From the NCBI RefSeq assembly GCF_000619845.1, contig NZ_JHUX01000010.1:30001-62000 (forward strand): DNA of 32,000 nt. The letters are read 5' to 3'. The DNA comes from Alkanindiges illinoisensis DSM 15370. GTDB lineage: Bacteria; Pseudomonadota; Gammaproteobacteria; Pseudomonadales; Moraxellaceae. This document shows positions 1 through 9,186 of the stretch, in pieces (position 1 is the first letter of the stretch; each line of letters starts with the position of its first letter). Both the position numbers and the translations under genes were made by a program. Under the pieces are notes generated by a model. It did not search any database. It was not told the origin of the DNA and worked only from the letters and a program-made list of their open reading frames with translations.

Positions 1-195
1 TCTAGCTATCTTGAGCATCTTTAAAAGTTTACTTTGGATTTTAGTATTCAACCTTTGGGCATGGCATAACATGAACAAATAATTTGATGTATGGTTTTCT
101 TATCCAGACCTTGCAATATGCACGCTGCTATGCCTAATTTATAGACAACGGATTGCATCTAAATTCAAGTAGACTGAATCATCAAGGAAAGGAAA

Positions 196-561
196 ATGTC
201 AGAGATCAAACGCCTGCATGTGGGCAAATGCTATTGCGAAGTTACTATTTATAAGGATGTGGTATATCTGGCCGGACAAGTGCCACGTCACTGTGCCAGT
301 GAACAGTCCAGCGATATTGTCACACAGGCACAGGATGTATTTAGCCAGATTGATGCGCTGCTGGTTGAGGCTGGCTCGGATAAGCACCGGATTTTATCCT
401 GTCAGATTTTTCTGGCCGACATGGCCGATTATGATGGGTTTAACCAAGTGTGGCGCGAGTGGGTGTCACCACGCAATCCGCCGCCACGTGCTACCGTACA
501 GGCCCAGCTTGCTAATGCGGACTGGAAGCTGGAAGTGGTGATTACCGCAGCCATTTATTAA
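196..561 (+). CDS. RidA/YjgF/endoribonuclease L-PSP family protein (YoaB-like)
   Basis: 121-aa ORF. ATG at 196 follows AAGGAAAGGA. The length and the pattern ...VYLAGQVP...QIDALL..AGSDK..IL...IFLAD..D...N.VW..W....PPRATVQA.L......EV...A resemble E. coli YoaB and RidA-family proteins as I recall them. Confidence 0.8.
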   Translation: MSEIKRLHVGKCYCEVTIYKDVVYLAGQVPRHCASEQSSDIVTQAQDVFSQIDALLVEAGSDKHRILSCQIFLADMADYDGFNQVWREWVSPRNPPPRATVQAQLANADWKLEVVITAAIY

Positions 562-574
562 ATCTACTGTTTCT

Positions 575-1708
575 CTAGGGATGAGCCGATTGTTTGGTAT
601 TAGCCTGATGCAGCTCATCTATTAGGGTGTGCATCAGTTCAGTGGTATTTAGCTTGCGAATGCGTGCCACATTGCTGCCTGCCCAATAGGCGGCAAAATC
701 ATGATTGCCCTGCTTACTGGCTAGCGCATGAAGTTGCTTGGCCAGGTCATACATATAAGAATAACTGCTTAAGGCAGGGCGTTCCGGCTGGTCGACTTGC
801 CTGTGCCATGCACTCATTAAGCCCCGTGCAGGCCGTCCGGAAATGCTGGCGGTAATATAAGTGGTCTGAAAGGCCGGATCTTGCAGGCGCTGGCGATATA
901 CCGGATCGGCAGCAGATTCCTCACAAATCACAAAGGCCGTGCCTAACTGGGCGGCACAGGCACCAAACTCAAGTACCTGCTGAATATCATAACCATCCAT
1001 AAGGCCGCCCGCCGCAATGATCGGCAGATGGGTATGTGCTACCAATAACCGCACCAGATCATGGATGCCAATGGCCGGGTCGATATCGCGGTTAAAAATG
1101 CCCCGATGGCCACCAGCTTCTACTCCTTGCGCCACAATGCCATCTATACCAGCCGCTTCAATAATTTTGGCCTCGGCTAGGCTGGTCGCACTGGCCAGCA
1201 AAATAATCCCGGCCTGTTGCAGTTGTTTGATCACATCGGGAGCAGGAATGCCAAAGTGAAAGCTAACCACCGCTGGTTTTTCTTGTAGCAGCATATCCAC
1301 GACAGGCTGGTTGTCAATCAAACTGGAATTCACTGGTTTTAAGGTTTCTGGTGCTTCACCACCCAATGCCTGAAAAAATGGCGCCATATAGTTAATCCAG
1401 ATCTGCTCAGTGGCTGGATCGCGCTGTGGTGGCTGATGGCAAAAGAAATTGCAGTTAAATGGCTTGCTGGTGAGTGCTCTGGTTTGTTGAATTGCCAAAC
1501 GGGCAGCTTCAGCTGAGGCATTGGCCAAGCCCAGTGAACCCAGTCCGCCAGCATTACTCACGGCTGCTGCAAGCTCGGGCGTGCTGGTGCCTGCCATGGG
1601 CGCTAACAAAATGGGATGCTGTATGCCCAGTTGCTGTAGAAATTGCTGTGTCTTTATGGGGTAGGAGGGTGTAGCGTGGGAATGAAAAGAGTCAGGTCGA
1701 TTGTTCAT
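575..1708 (-). CDS. Nitronate monooxygenase (NMO / 2-nitropropane dioxygenase family, FMN-dependent)
   Basis: 377-aa ORF with an ATG start. N-terminal PILLAPMAGTSTPELAAAVSNAGGLGSLG and central GIDGIVAQGVEAGGHRG are the typical NMO FMN/TIM-barrel motifs. Confidence 0.85.
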   Translation of the reverse strand: MNNRPDSFHSHATPSYPIKTQQFLQQLGIQHPILLAPMAGTSTPELAAAVSNAGGLGSLGLANASAEAARLAIQQTRALTSKPFNCNFFCHQPPQRDPATEQIWINYMAPFFQALGGEAPETLKPVNSSLIDNQPVVDMLLQEKPAVVSFHFGIPAPDVIKQLQQAGIILLASATSLAEAKIIEAAGIDGIVAQGVEAGGHRGIFNRDIDPAIGIHDLVRLLVAHTHLPIIAAGGLMDGYDIQQVLEFGACAAQLGTAFVICEESAADPVYRQRLQDPAFQTTYITASISGRPARGLMSAWHRQVDQPERPALSSYSYMYDLAKQLHALASKQGNHDFAAYWAGSNVARIRKLNTTELMHTLIDELHQANTKQSAHP

Positions 1709-1924
1709 GGCAATTGCTCTCTAAATAAAGGGTGCCAATTCAAAGCATTAACCTGTTTTAGCATGGGATTTAGGGGAGCATAAGCTTAATTTAATGATAT
1801 TCATTATTCATGCGGTAAATAATTGATAGGATTAAATCAAGCTGGGCAATGAGCCAGAGATTTAATCTAAGCATGAATTTAGCCTAAGCATTAGTTTAAC
1901 CTGGAACAGCTTAGCGCTGAAAAG

Positions 1925-2677
1925 TTACTGCGTAGTCTGTAATTTGGGTCGGGCGCGCTCTAAAGCAGCCAGTAATGCCGGTTTAAATTCACCAGCTTTA
2001 AACTGTACCAGATCCGAATGTGCTGCACAAAAATTCTGGGTATCCTGCCATTGATCAGCCAATTGTTGCACCCACTGACAGTAAGTCTCAGCTGCATTCG
2101 CTTCAGGTTTTAAGGCCCAGCGAGTGGCCGGACTAATAAAAATTTCTGGCAGGAATTTTTCCAGTAATCCGCCCTGTGGCGGCGCGGCAAAGGTGTCATC
2201 AACATGCAGGCTTTTGCTGGCAGGGTGATAGGCCAGTAATGAACCGGCATGTACACCGGGCTTGGCTGAAATGTAGTCAATGCCTTTTGTCAGTGAAAAC
2301 TCAAGCTCGGGATAGCGCGCAGCAACGGCCTCACTTTCTACCCGATCTGGTGACCACGCTAACTGGGGCAGTTTTTGCTGATGACGCAGTGAACCATACA
2401 GGGTGGCCTGTGGAAAGTCGCGTGCCATGGCTTCGCAGTGCAGGGTATGAAACGGATGCAGGTTTAAAATCGCTTCAACCGTCTGGCCCTGATGTGTCAG
2501 TGTCATGACCTGCTCACGGACGCTGCCGCTGAGTTCGTAGCTATCCAGAAAAATGAAACGGTCTTTTGTTAGTTGTACCAGTGAACAGTGTGTTCCCACA
2601 TCAATCAGACCACCAATCCTGAGCGCGCCACGTATATTCCAGAAGCCTTGTCCCAGATTAATGATGGTGTGTGCCAT
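1925..2677 (-). CDS. Conserved hypothetical protein (possibly DUF4336 / metallo-beta-lactamase-fold-like; family assignment unverified)
   Basis: 250-aa ORF with an ATG start and composition like its neighbours. There is no competing ORF apart from an antisense artefact at 2176..2508. I recognise no catalytic motif. Confidence 0.6.
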   Translation of the reverse strand: MAHTIINLGQGFWNIRGALRIGGLIDVGTHCSLVQLTKDRFIFLDSYELSGSVREQVMTLTHQGQTVEAILNLHPFHTLHCEAMARDFPQATLYGSLRHQQKLPQLAWSPDRVESEAVAARYPELEFSLTKGIDYISAKPGVHAGSLLAYHPASKSLHVDDTFAAPPQGGLLEKFLPEIFISPATRWALKPEANAAETYCQWVQQLADQWQDTQNFCAAHSDLVQFKAGEFKPALLAALERARPKLQTTQ

Positions 2678-3018
2678 GGTACGTTACCTGCCTGTTCATT
2701 GAAAAAATGAGGAGAACACTATGTCTGGATATTCAGGGTTTTCCATCAACATCCGGAAGGGAGTTTCTGCCGTGTAATTACTTAATTTACCGATTAAAAC
2801 AGGCTGGCTGAATAAGAGTATCAGTGACAAGTGGTGAGATTATGTAAGTAATCCCAGACAAGCTAAGTGAAAGTTAGGCACATTAGCTACGTCATGTTTC
2901 ATCGAATAAATAATCAGCGCATGCCATGTCATTATTAATTTTATAAAAAAATAGCTTGTTTGCTTAATTGAATCACATCGGTTCTGATACAAAAACAGCC
3001 CATAACTTTTTGAGCGGT

Positions 3019-3046
3019 CTTTAAAATCAACATAACACCCCGATGT
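3019..3046 (+). promoter_or_regulatory. Candidate sigma32-like promoter upstream of cbpA
   Basis: CTTTAAA (3019-3025), 12 nt, then CCCCGATGT (3038-3046). The E. coli sigma32 consensus is CTTGAAA-N13-14-CCCCATNT. The site lies about 40 nt upstream of the cbpA ATG. The spacing is 1-2 nt short and the call rests on a single-sequence pattern match. Confidence 0.25.
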
Positions 3047-3084
3047 TATTGATAAATGAAAATTTGAATTTTTGAGGTAGATCA

Positions 3085-4098
3085 ATGGATAAAAACTATT
3101 ACGAAATACTGGGCCTGCAACGTGGCGCCAGCACTGACGAGATTAAAAAAAGCTATCGTAAGCTGGTGCGCAAGTATCACCCGGATGTCAGCAAAGAAGC
3201 TGATGCTGCCGACAAAATGCAGCAGATTAATCTGGCCTATGAGACCTTAACTGATGCCACCAAGCGTAGCGAATATGACCAGATGCTGGACAATCCCTAT
3301 GGCTTTGCGGGGGGTGGAGGCGGTAATGCGGGTAACCAGTACCAGTATTATCGTGGACAGGAGGGCGCTGGTCAGCAGTTTAGTGAAGAAGACCTGCGTC
3401 GTGCATTTGGCGGTGGTTTTGGTACGGGTAGCGGCGGCACAGGTTTTGGCGGCTTTGAAGACCTGTTTGGCCAGTTCGGTGCCGGTTTTGGTGGAGGGCG
3501 TGCAGGTGCTCAGGGTCGCCAGCAGCAAGGCAGCTATCAAAACTATCGCGGTGAAGACCAGCATGCCAGCATTGAGGTGGATGTGCAGGTGGCGTATGAA
3601 GGCGCAACCCAGCAACTGACCCTGCAAATGCCGGTGATTAATGCCAGTGGCCAGCAGGAAATCCAGCGTAAAACCCTACAGGTCAAAATTCCCAAAGGCA
3701 TGAAACCGGGCCAGCAAATCCGCTTGTCCGGGCAGGGACAAGCTGGCTTCAATGGTGGGGCGCAAGGCGATTTATATATTGAAATCCAGTATCGCAACAC
3801 TGAGCAACTACGGGTAGAAGGCAGTGATGTGTATCTAACCGTACCTGTCAGCCCGTGGGAAGCAGCGCTGGGTGAAACCATTCAGGTGGCTACCCCGGCA
3901 GGGGTGGTGGATGTCAAGCTACCGGAAGGTTCACAAAGTGGACGGCAGTTGCGCCTAAAAGGTAAGGGCATTCCTGCTAAGGAACCGGGTAACCTGTATT
4001 TGATTTTGCAAGTGGTGCTGCCACCAGCCAACACTGATGCTGCCAAAGCAATTTACCGGCAAATGGCTGAAAGCATGGCCTTTAATCCACGGGCATAA
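3085..4098 (+). CDS. cbpA: Curved DNA-binding protein CbpA (DnaJ-like co-chaperone lacking the zinc finger)
   Basis: 337 aa. GAGG Shine-Dalgarno (SD) at 3074-3077. The J-domain reads YYEILGLQRGASTDEIKKSYRKLVRKYHPD. A long G/F-rich linker is followed by DnaJ C-terminal domains with no CxxCxGxG zinc-finger repeats. A cbpM-like gene follows. Confidence 0.9.
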   Translation: MDKNYYEILGLQRGASTDEIKKSYRKLVRKYHPDVSKEADAADKMQQINLAYETLTDATKRSEYDQMLDNPYGFAGGGGGNAGNQYQYYRGQEGAGQQFSEEDLRRAFGGGFGTGSGGTGFGGFEDLFGQFGAGFGGGRAGAQGRQQQGSYQNYRGEDQHASIEVDVQVAYEGATQQLTLQMPVINASGQQEIQRKTLQVKIPKGMKPGQQIRLSGQGQAGFNGGAQGDLYIEIQYRNTEQLRVEGSDVYLTVPVSPWEAALGETIQVATPAGVVDVKLPEGSQSGRQLRLKGKGIPAKEPGNLYLILQVVLPPANTDAAKAIYRQMAESMAFNPRA

Positions 4099-4143
4099 GC
4101 CAAAAAAACACCAGGCTAAAAAGAGATAATTTGGGAGAACAAC

Positions 4144-4479
4144 ATGCGACAGTTAATTATCCGCGATATTATGCTGGATCAGGAGCAACTGGATGGCACT
4201 GTTATTGATGGCAATGTGTTTTTAAGCCTCAGTGATTTTGCCCGGGCCTGTGGTCAGCCGCATGATTGGGTGATTGCGCTGGTAGAACACAGCATTCTGG
4301 AAAAAAATGACAGTGCGCCAGAACACTGGCAGTTTGTGGGCGAGGAACTGGCACGCACGCGACGGGCATGGCGCTTGCAGCGTGACTTCGATGCCAGCCT
4401 TGCTGCCGTGGCGTTAATGCTGGATTTACTGGATGAAGTCAAACAGCTACGGGCGCAGGTGGCATTGCATATCCGCTAG
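4144..4479 (+). CDS. cbpM: Chaperone modulatory protein CbpM (MerR-like fold)
   Basis: 111 aa with a GGGAG SD. It sits immediately downstream of cbpA, as in E. coli. The C-terminal ...LQRDFD....A.ALMLDLLDE...LR resembles the E. coli CbpM C-terminus. Confidence 0.8.
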   Translation: MRQLIIRDIMLDQEQLDGTVIDGNVFLSLSDFARACGQPHDWVIALVEHSILEKNDSAPEHWQFVGEELARTRRAWRLQRDFDASLAAVALMLDLLDEVKQLRAQVALHIR

Positions 4480-4583
4480 CAGCCTATTCTTAAGCACTAA
4501 ATTGAGCGATGAAGCAGCCTTTATATTCTATGTCATCGTAATTTGACCGCAAAAACGGCATAATCAATACAAACAAAGATTAG

Positions 4584-5933
4584 ATGAATGCCGTTTTGTT
4601 AGTTCCATCCCAGCAAGGCCTTGATAAAAATTCGATAAAAACAGTCCCAGCCTACAGCATTGGCCTATTGCTGAGCCTGTATCTGGCGCAGGGTTTACCA
4701 GTTGGTTTTTTAACCCAGGCCCTGCCAGCCATTTTACGCAAGAATAATGTATCACTGGCTGCCATTGGGGGTTTTGGCCTACTGATGGCACCGTGGGCAC
4801 TCAAGTTTTTATGGGCACCTGTGGTGGATCGCTATTTTTCGCCGCAGTGGGGACAAAGCCGTAGCTGGATTATTCCTACCCAGTGTTTAACGATTTTATT
4901 GCTGCTAGTGATTAGTTTTTTGGAACCTAGCGCGCTGGCCAGCCCAGTTATTTTGCTGAGTTTTTTTATTGTCCTTTTTTTAATTAACCTGATGGGTGCC
5001 ACACAAGATATTGCCACTGATGGCCTTGCCGTGCGCTTGCTACACAAACAGCAGCAGCGCTGGGGCAATGCGGTGCAGGTATTGGGTTCGCGGCTGGGTT
5101 TTATTTTTGGTGGCGGTGCAGTGCTGTTACTGCTGGATCTGTGGTCGTGGCAGCTGGTATTTCTGTTGCTCACTGGTTTTGTATTGCTGAACAGTTTGCC
5201 CATTTTGTTTTTTCGGGAACCTGTTTGGCCGCAGCAGATACAGGTTGATGTATCGCCTAAAGCAGCATCTAAGCTGTCTTTATCCAGGCCGGCTTTTACG
5301 CTTAAAAAATGGCGAAAGTTCTTTGCCGTTGAATTTGCCTATTTCTGGCATAGCCCACAGATGCGGGCATGGTTGCTGGTATTACTCACCTTTAAGCTCG
5401 GTGATAGCTTGAGCGGCGCGATGGTCAAGCCCATGATGGTGGACATGGGATTTAGCCTGGGCAATATTGGCTTAATGGCCAGCATGCTGGGTTCGGTGGC
5501 ATCGGTGCTGGGTGCCCTACTGGCTGCATGGTGGATGAAATACATGGCGCGCAGTACTGCATTGTGGTGGTTTAATTTACTGCAAATTTTAAGCTTCTTG
5601 TTGTATGCCATATTGGCCTGGCAGTTTGAGTATAGCCACATCGTGATAGCGTGGCAGGTTTATAGCGTGAATGCCATTGAACAGTTTGCCGGGGCCATGG
5701 CACTGGTTGCCATGCTTACCCTGATTATGGATTATTCCCGCAAACAGCAGGCAGGCAGTGATTTTACCTTTCAGGTGTCAGTGCTGGCGGTGACTGGCGG
5801 CGGTGTGCATATTGTGAGTGGAATAGTGGCTGAATACTGGGGCTATAGTATTCATTTTGGCTTTTGTGTGCTGTTGGCGGTGCTGTGTTTATGGCCTATT
5901 TTTCGGTGGAAAAGATTGGAAATTACGGACTGA
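4584..5933 (+). CDS. AmpG-family MFS permease (muropeptide transporter-like)
   Basis: 449 aa, polytopic. The N-terminal motif LAQGLP.GF...ALP..LR......L..IG.F.L...PW.LKFLWAP.VDRY matches the AmpG-family signature (FKFLWSPLMDRY in E. coli AmpG). Substrate was not determined. Confidence 0.75.
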   Translation: MNAVLLVPSQQGLDKNSIKTVPAYSIGLLLSLYLAQGLPVGFLTQALPAILRKNNVSLAAIGGFGLLMAPWALKFLWAPVVDRYFSPQWGQSRSWIIPTQCLTILLLLVISFLEPSALASPVILLSFFIVLFLINLMGATQDIATDGLAVRLLHKQQQRWGNAVQVLGSRLGFIFGGGAVLLLLDLWSWQLVFLLLTGFVLLNSLPILFFREPVWPQQIQVDVSPKAASKLSLSRPAFTLKKWRKFFAVEFAYFWHSPQMRAWLLVLLTFKLGDSLSGAMVKPMMVDMGFSLGNIGLMASMLGSVASVLGALLAAWWMKYMARSTALWWFNLLQILSFLLYAILAWQFEYSHIVIAWQVYSVNAIEQFAGAMALVAMLTLIMDYSRKQQAGSDFTFQVSVLAVTGGGVHIVSGIVAEYWGYSIHFGFCVLLAVLCLWPIFRWKRLEITD

Positions 5934-5938
5934 AAAGT

Positions 5939-6166
5939 ATGAAAAATACGTTAATGACTAAATTTTATTTTGGGCTGAAAATACTTCAAAAGTTTATATT
6001 CTGGTCTCTGGCTATATTTATTAGTTTTATTTTATTGCTGGGATTTATAGCATTTATAGCCGACACATTTTTCGATAATGCCGCTAAAAAGGATAGTTGT
6101 GCAGATAGCGGTGGTGCATGGAACTACAAGACAGATGAATGTATGGGAAAGCGAAAATATAAATAA
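5939..6166 (+). CDS. Small orphan membrane protein (75 aa, one predicted TM helix, C-terminal Cys pair)
   Basis: ATG at 5939, 5 nt after the ampG-like stop. The hydrophobic stretch is FIFWSLAIFISFILLLGFIAFIA and the tail is CADSGGAWNYKTDEC...KRKYK. Composition is very AT-rich (sample lines about 22-30% G+C). A hairpin terminator follows. The SD is weak and I recognise no homology. Confidence 0.45.
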   Translation: MKNTLMTKFYFGLKILQKFIFWSLAIFISFILLLGFIAFIADTFFDNAAKKDSCADSGGAWNYKTDECMGKRKYK

Positions 6167-6192
6167 AAAAACAGCGCCGGAACGCTGCTTTT
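6165..6192. terminator. Bidirectional intrinsic terminator between the small ORF and glpQ
   Basis: CAGCG (6172-6176) pairs with CGCTG (6183-6187) around a 6-nt loop. An A-run lies on the left and CTTTT on the right. It is stronger in the minus direction, where the U-run is 7 nt. Confidence 0.6.
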
Positions 6193-6208
6193 ACTCTCAC
6201 CTTAAAAC

Positions 6209-7411
6209 TTATTTGCCATCACGTGCAGCCACGGCGGTATCGACAAAATCGGTAAACACGCCATCGATGCCCAGATCATAAAACTTTTTATATTCGGCCT
6301 TGGGGTCGTTTTTATAATCACTGGCTAAACGGCGTGGTTCATTGCGGAAAGTAAAGGGCACCACTTCCAGCCCAACAGCATGCGCATTTTTAACCACATT
6401 GCTGGCAGGTAATAATACACGGTCACGCTCATCCAGCTTGCCGTCATTGTTCAGGTCATCGGCCTTGCCATCATTGTTGGCATCTACCGTTTTGGAGCTA
6501 ATCAGGTAAGGCTTCCACGGCCCAATGATATCAGCATAGGTTTTAATTTCTGCCAGACCCGCTGGCGTTAGCATATCACCATAGGTTTTGTCGGTTTTGC
6601 CAGCCACTGTCCAGTCGTACGGACGCAGTGATGGCGCTTCAAACTGCATGTTACCGTTGTTGTCAATGTCGTAGCCATCGATGAGCTGCACTAATCGAAC
6701 GTCAGTTTTACCGTTAAGATATTTAAGGTTGCTCACTTCAAACGACTGGATAATGGCTGGCGAGTCTTTTTTACTGTAGCCGTATTTGCTTAAAATGCGC
6801 AGCAGTTCATCTTCAATTTTATACTGGCCAAAAATACTGGCATGAAAGGTAGAGTGCTTGATTTCAGGGATAATGCCGACGGTCTTGCCCAGACGCTTGT
6901 TTTCGGTCTGTACCGTATTAATCATTTCCTCAAAGGTTGGAATTTCAAACTGGCCGTCAAATTCGGTGCTGCGATCCTGCGGTAATGGCTGGATGGCGCG
7001 CAGGGTTTTGAGTTCCGCCAGGGTAAAATCTGATACAAACCAGTCGTCTTTGACTTCCACGCCGTCAATCATTTTGCTGGTTTTGCGGCTGGCAAATTCA
7101 GGATGAGATGCCACATTGGTGGTGCCGCCAATATTGGGTTCATGGCGGCAAACCAGTATGCCATCTTTGGTCATGACCAGATCCGGCTCAACAAAATCTG
7201 CGCCCAGTTCAATCCCTTTTTTATAGCCTTCTAGCGTGTGATCCGGCAAATAACCCGCCGCGCCGCGATGGCCGTACACCAGTGCTTTTTTAGGCGTTGG
7301 GCTAATTACGCCCGTGTTATCGCTATTATCGTTGTCATCATTACAGCCTGCCAGTGCAGTTGCCAAAATAGAGCCAATCACTGCGCCAATCATTTTTTGC
7401 TTGTTCAACAT
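6209..7411 (-). CDS. glpQ: Glycerophosphodiester phosphodiesterase, lipoprotein (GlpQ-like)
   Basis: 400 aa. Signal peptide with the lipobox LAGC. GDPD motifs: [32 protein letters not shown], and ...GIDGVFTDF at the C-terminus. Confidence 0.85.
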   Translation of the reverse strand: MLNKQKMIGAVIGSILATALAGCNDDNDNSDNTGVISPTPKKALVYGHRGAAGYLPDHTLEGYKKGIELGADFVEPDLVMTKDGILVCRHEPNIGGTTNVASHPEFASRKTSKMIDGVEVKDDWFVSDFTLAELKTLRAIQPLPQDRSTEFDGQFEIPTFEEMINTVQTENKRLGKTVGIIPEIKHSTFHASIFGQYKIEDELLRILSKYGYSKKDSPAIIQSFEVSNLKYLNGKTDVRLVQLIDGYDIDNNGNMQFEAPSLRPYDWTVAGKTDKTYGDMLTPAGLAEIKTYADIIGPWKPYLISSKTVDANNDGKADDLNNDGKLDERDRVLLPASNVVKNAHAVGLEVVPFTFRNEPRRLASDYKNDPKAEYKKFYDLGIDGVFTDFVDTAVAARDGK

Positions 7412-7739
7412 AATGTTAGTTCCAGATTTTGTCTTTTATGACGCCTTTTACTACAGATATGGTGAGTAAAAGGGTTGGCGCTAGTCTGCATGAGGCTTAT
7501 GACAAGTCCATGAATCTGGTCTATAGCTTTATAGGCGGGTAAAGATTGAGAGTAGCGCAAAGAGGAGGCCTTGCAGATGACTTGCCTGTATAAAAGCATT
7601 TATTTCAGTGAGACAAGCGCCTAGAATAGCCCTCTTTCTGCCTGCCTGTAGTTCCCCAACATCACTGTGGTGAGAGACATGCACGCATTGCCCAATCCTG
7701 ATGCTGGCCTGTTGCCCGGCCATTTGCAGTAAATTTCCC

Positions 7740-9149
7740 ATGAATTCGTCCACCCCCGAAAGCTCCCCACAAAGCCAGGCACAAAATCAGCCAACCAATC
7801 ATCTCAAGCGCAGTATGCAAACCCGTCATCTGGTGATGCTGTCGCTGGGTGGTGCGATTGGAACAGGCCTGTTTTTAAATTCAGGCGGTGTGATTGCGCA
7901 GACTGGCCCGGTGGGGGCGATGCTGGCATATTTTATTGGCGGGATCATTGCCTATCTGGTGATGCTGTGCCTGGGTGAGCTGGCGGTGCATGTGCCGGAC
8001 AGTGGCGCGTTTAGTACCTATGCCACGCGGTTTATCAATCCTGCTACGGGTTATATGATTGCATGGCTGTACTGGCTTACCTGGACAGCCACATTGGGCA
8101 CCGAATTCACGGCGGCTGGCATTTTGATGCAGCACTGGTTTCCGCAGGTGTCGGTGTGGATCTGGTGTGCGGTATTTGCAGCGGTTATTTTTTTATCCAA
8201 TGTGTTTTCTACCCGGGTTTTTGCTGAAACCGAATTTTTTCTGGCCTTTATCAAGGTTGCCACGGTTTTAATTTTTATTATTCTGGGTGGCTGTGCCATT
8301 TTTGGTGTAATGCCCGGTTTTCAGCCTGCGCCATTGCTGCATAACCTGACTGCACAGGGCTGGTTTCCCAATGGTTTAATGCCTATTTTGGTGACCATGC
8401 TGGCAGTTAATTTTGCTTTTTCCGGTATGGAGCTAATTGGGGTGGCTGCTGGAGAAACAGATAATCCCGGCAAAACCATTCCCAAGGCCATTAATGCGGC
8501 GCTATTACGCTTATTGATCTTTTTTGTGGGCACCATTTTTATTATTGCCGCGCTGGTTCCCTTTGAGCAGCTTGGTCTAACGGAAAGCCCGTTTGTGCTG
8601 GTGTTTGAGCGCATGGGCATTCCGTATGCCGCTGATATCATGAATTTTGTGATCATTACCGCACTGCTGTCGACGGCCAATTCCGGTTTGTATGCCGCCT
8701 CACGCATGATGTGGTCACTGTCCCAGCAAAATATGCTGCCCAAAACCTTTAGCAAGCTGACCCGGCGCGGTATTCCACTCAATGCCTTAATGTTTAGCAT
8801 GATTGGTGGCTTGGCATCCTTGCTGACCAGTGTTTTTGCTGCGGAAACTATTTACACGCATTTGCTATCAATTGCTGCGTTTACCATGGTGGTGGTATGG
8901 ATGAGCGTGGCGGTGAGTCATTACCGGTTTCGCAAGCAATTTCTGGCTCAAGGTGGCCAGCTCAGTGCTTTAACCTATCGTGCGCCATTTTTCCCGGTTG
9001 TGCCGATTGCGGCCTTTGTGCTGTGTTTTATTACCTGTCTGGGCATGGCGTTTGATCCCAGTTTGCTGGGTGGTTTAATTGGCTGCTTGCTGTTTATTGC
9101 GGGGTGTTATGCCAGTTATTACAAATGGTATGCGCCAGCTCAGCAGTAA
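7740..9149 (+). CDS. lysP: APC-family amino acid permease, lysine-specific permease (LysP)-like
   Basis: It aligns by eye along its whole length with E. coli LysP (RHL.M..LGG.IGTGLF, GELA...P.SG.F.TY, F.G.ELIG.AAGE...P.K.IP.A, SHYRFR). The ORF opens at 7701. I prefer the ATG at 7740 (MNSSTPESS...) because it matches the LysP N-terminal length. No clear SD precedes either start. Confidence 0.85.
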   Translation: MNSSTPESSPQSQAQNQPTNHLKRSMQTRHLVMLSLGGAIGTGLFLNSGGVIAQTGPVGAMLAYFIGGIIAYLVMLCLGELAVHVPDSGAFSTYATRFINPATGYMIAWLYWLTWTATLGTEFTAAGILMQHWFPQVSVWIWCAVFAAVIFLSNVFSTRVFAETEFFLAFIKVATVLIFIILGGCAIFGVMPGFQPAPLLHNLTAQGWFPNGLMPILVTMLAVNFAFSGMELIGVAAGETDNPGKTIPKAINAALLRLLIFFVGTIFIIAALVPFEQLGLTESPFVLVFERMGIPYAADIMNFVIITALLSTANSGLYAASRMMWSLSQQNMLPKTFSKLTRRGIPLNALMFSMIGGLASLLTSVFAAETIYTHLLSIAAFTMVVVWMSVAVSHYRFRKQFLAQGGQLSALTYRAPFFPVVPIAAFVLCFITCLGMAFDPSLLGGLIGCLLFIAGCYASYYKWYAPAQQ

Positions 9150-9186
9150 TAAAATCTGGGGCATCACTGGGTTTGAATCAATAAAA

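Noticed and set aside
2840-3085. 81-aa ORF on the minus strand in the AT-rich region upstream of cbpA
   Set aside because: The DNA is very AT-rich promoter-like sequence and the product is Ile/Lys/Phe-rich. It has no SD, and it ends exactly at the cbpA start codon region. It is most likely non-coding.
3247-3881. Several 75-126-aa ORFs in other frames or on the other strand across cbpA
   Set aside because: They are generated by the GGN-rich G/F-linker coding region. The cbpA frame carries the J-domain and C-terminal domains continuously.
7412-7739. Possible lysine riboswitch (L-box) in the long leader of the lysP-like gene
   Set aside because: I looked for the conserved L-box blocks AGAGGNGC, GAAAGGGG, CCGAAG and GGCUGUCA. 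Only a loose GAGAGTAGCGC resemblance is present. The complementary segments I found (AAAGAGGAGGC against GCCCTCTTT, TAGCGC against GCGCCTA) are not nested in a way that builds the five-helix junction. The question needs cmscan to close definitively.
8321-8800. 159-aa ORF antisense to the lysP-like permease (also 7881..8299)
   Set aside because: It is a shadow ORF inside a gene that aligns over its full length with LysP. It has no start context and no motifs.
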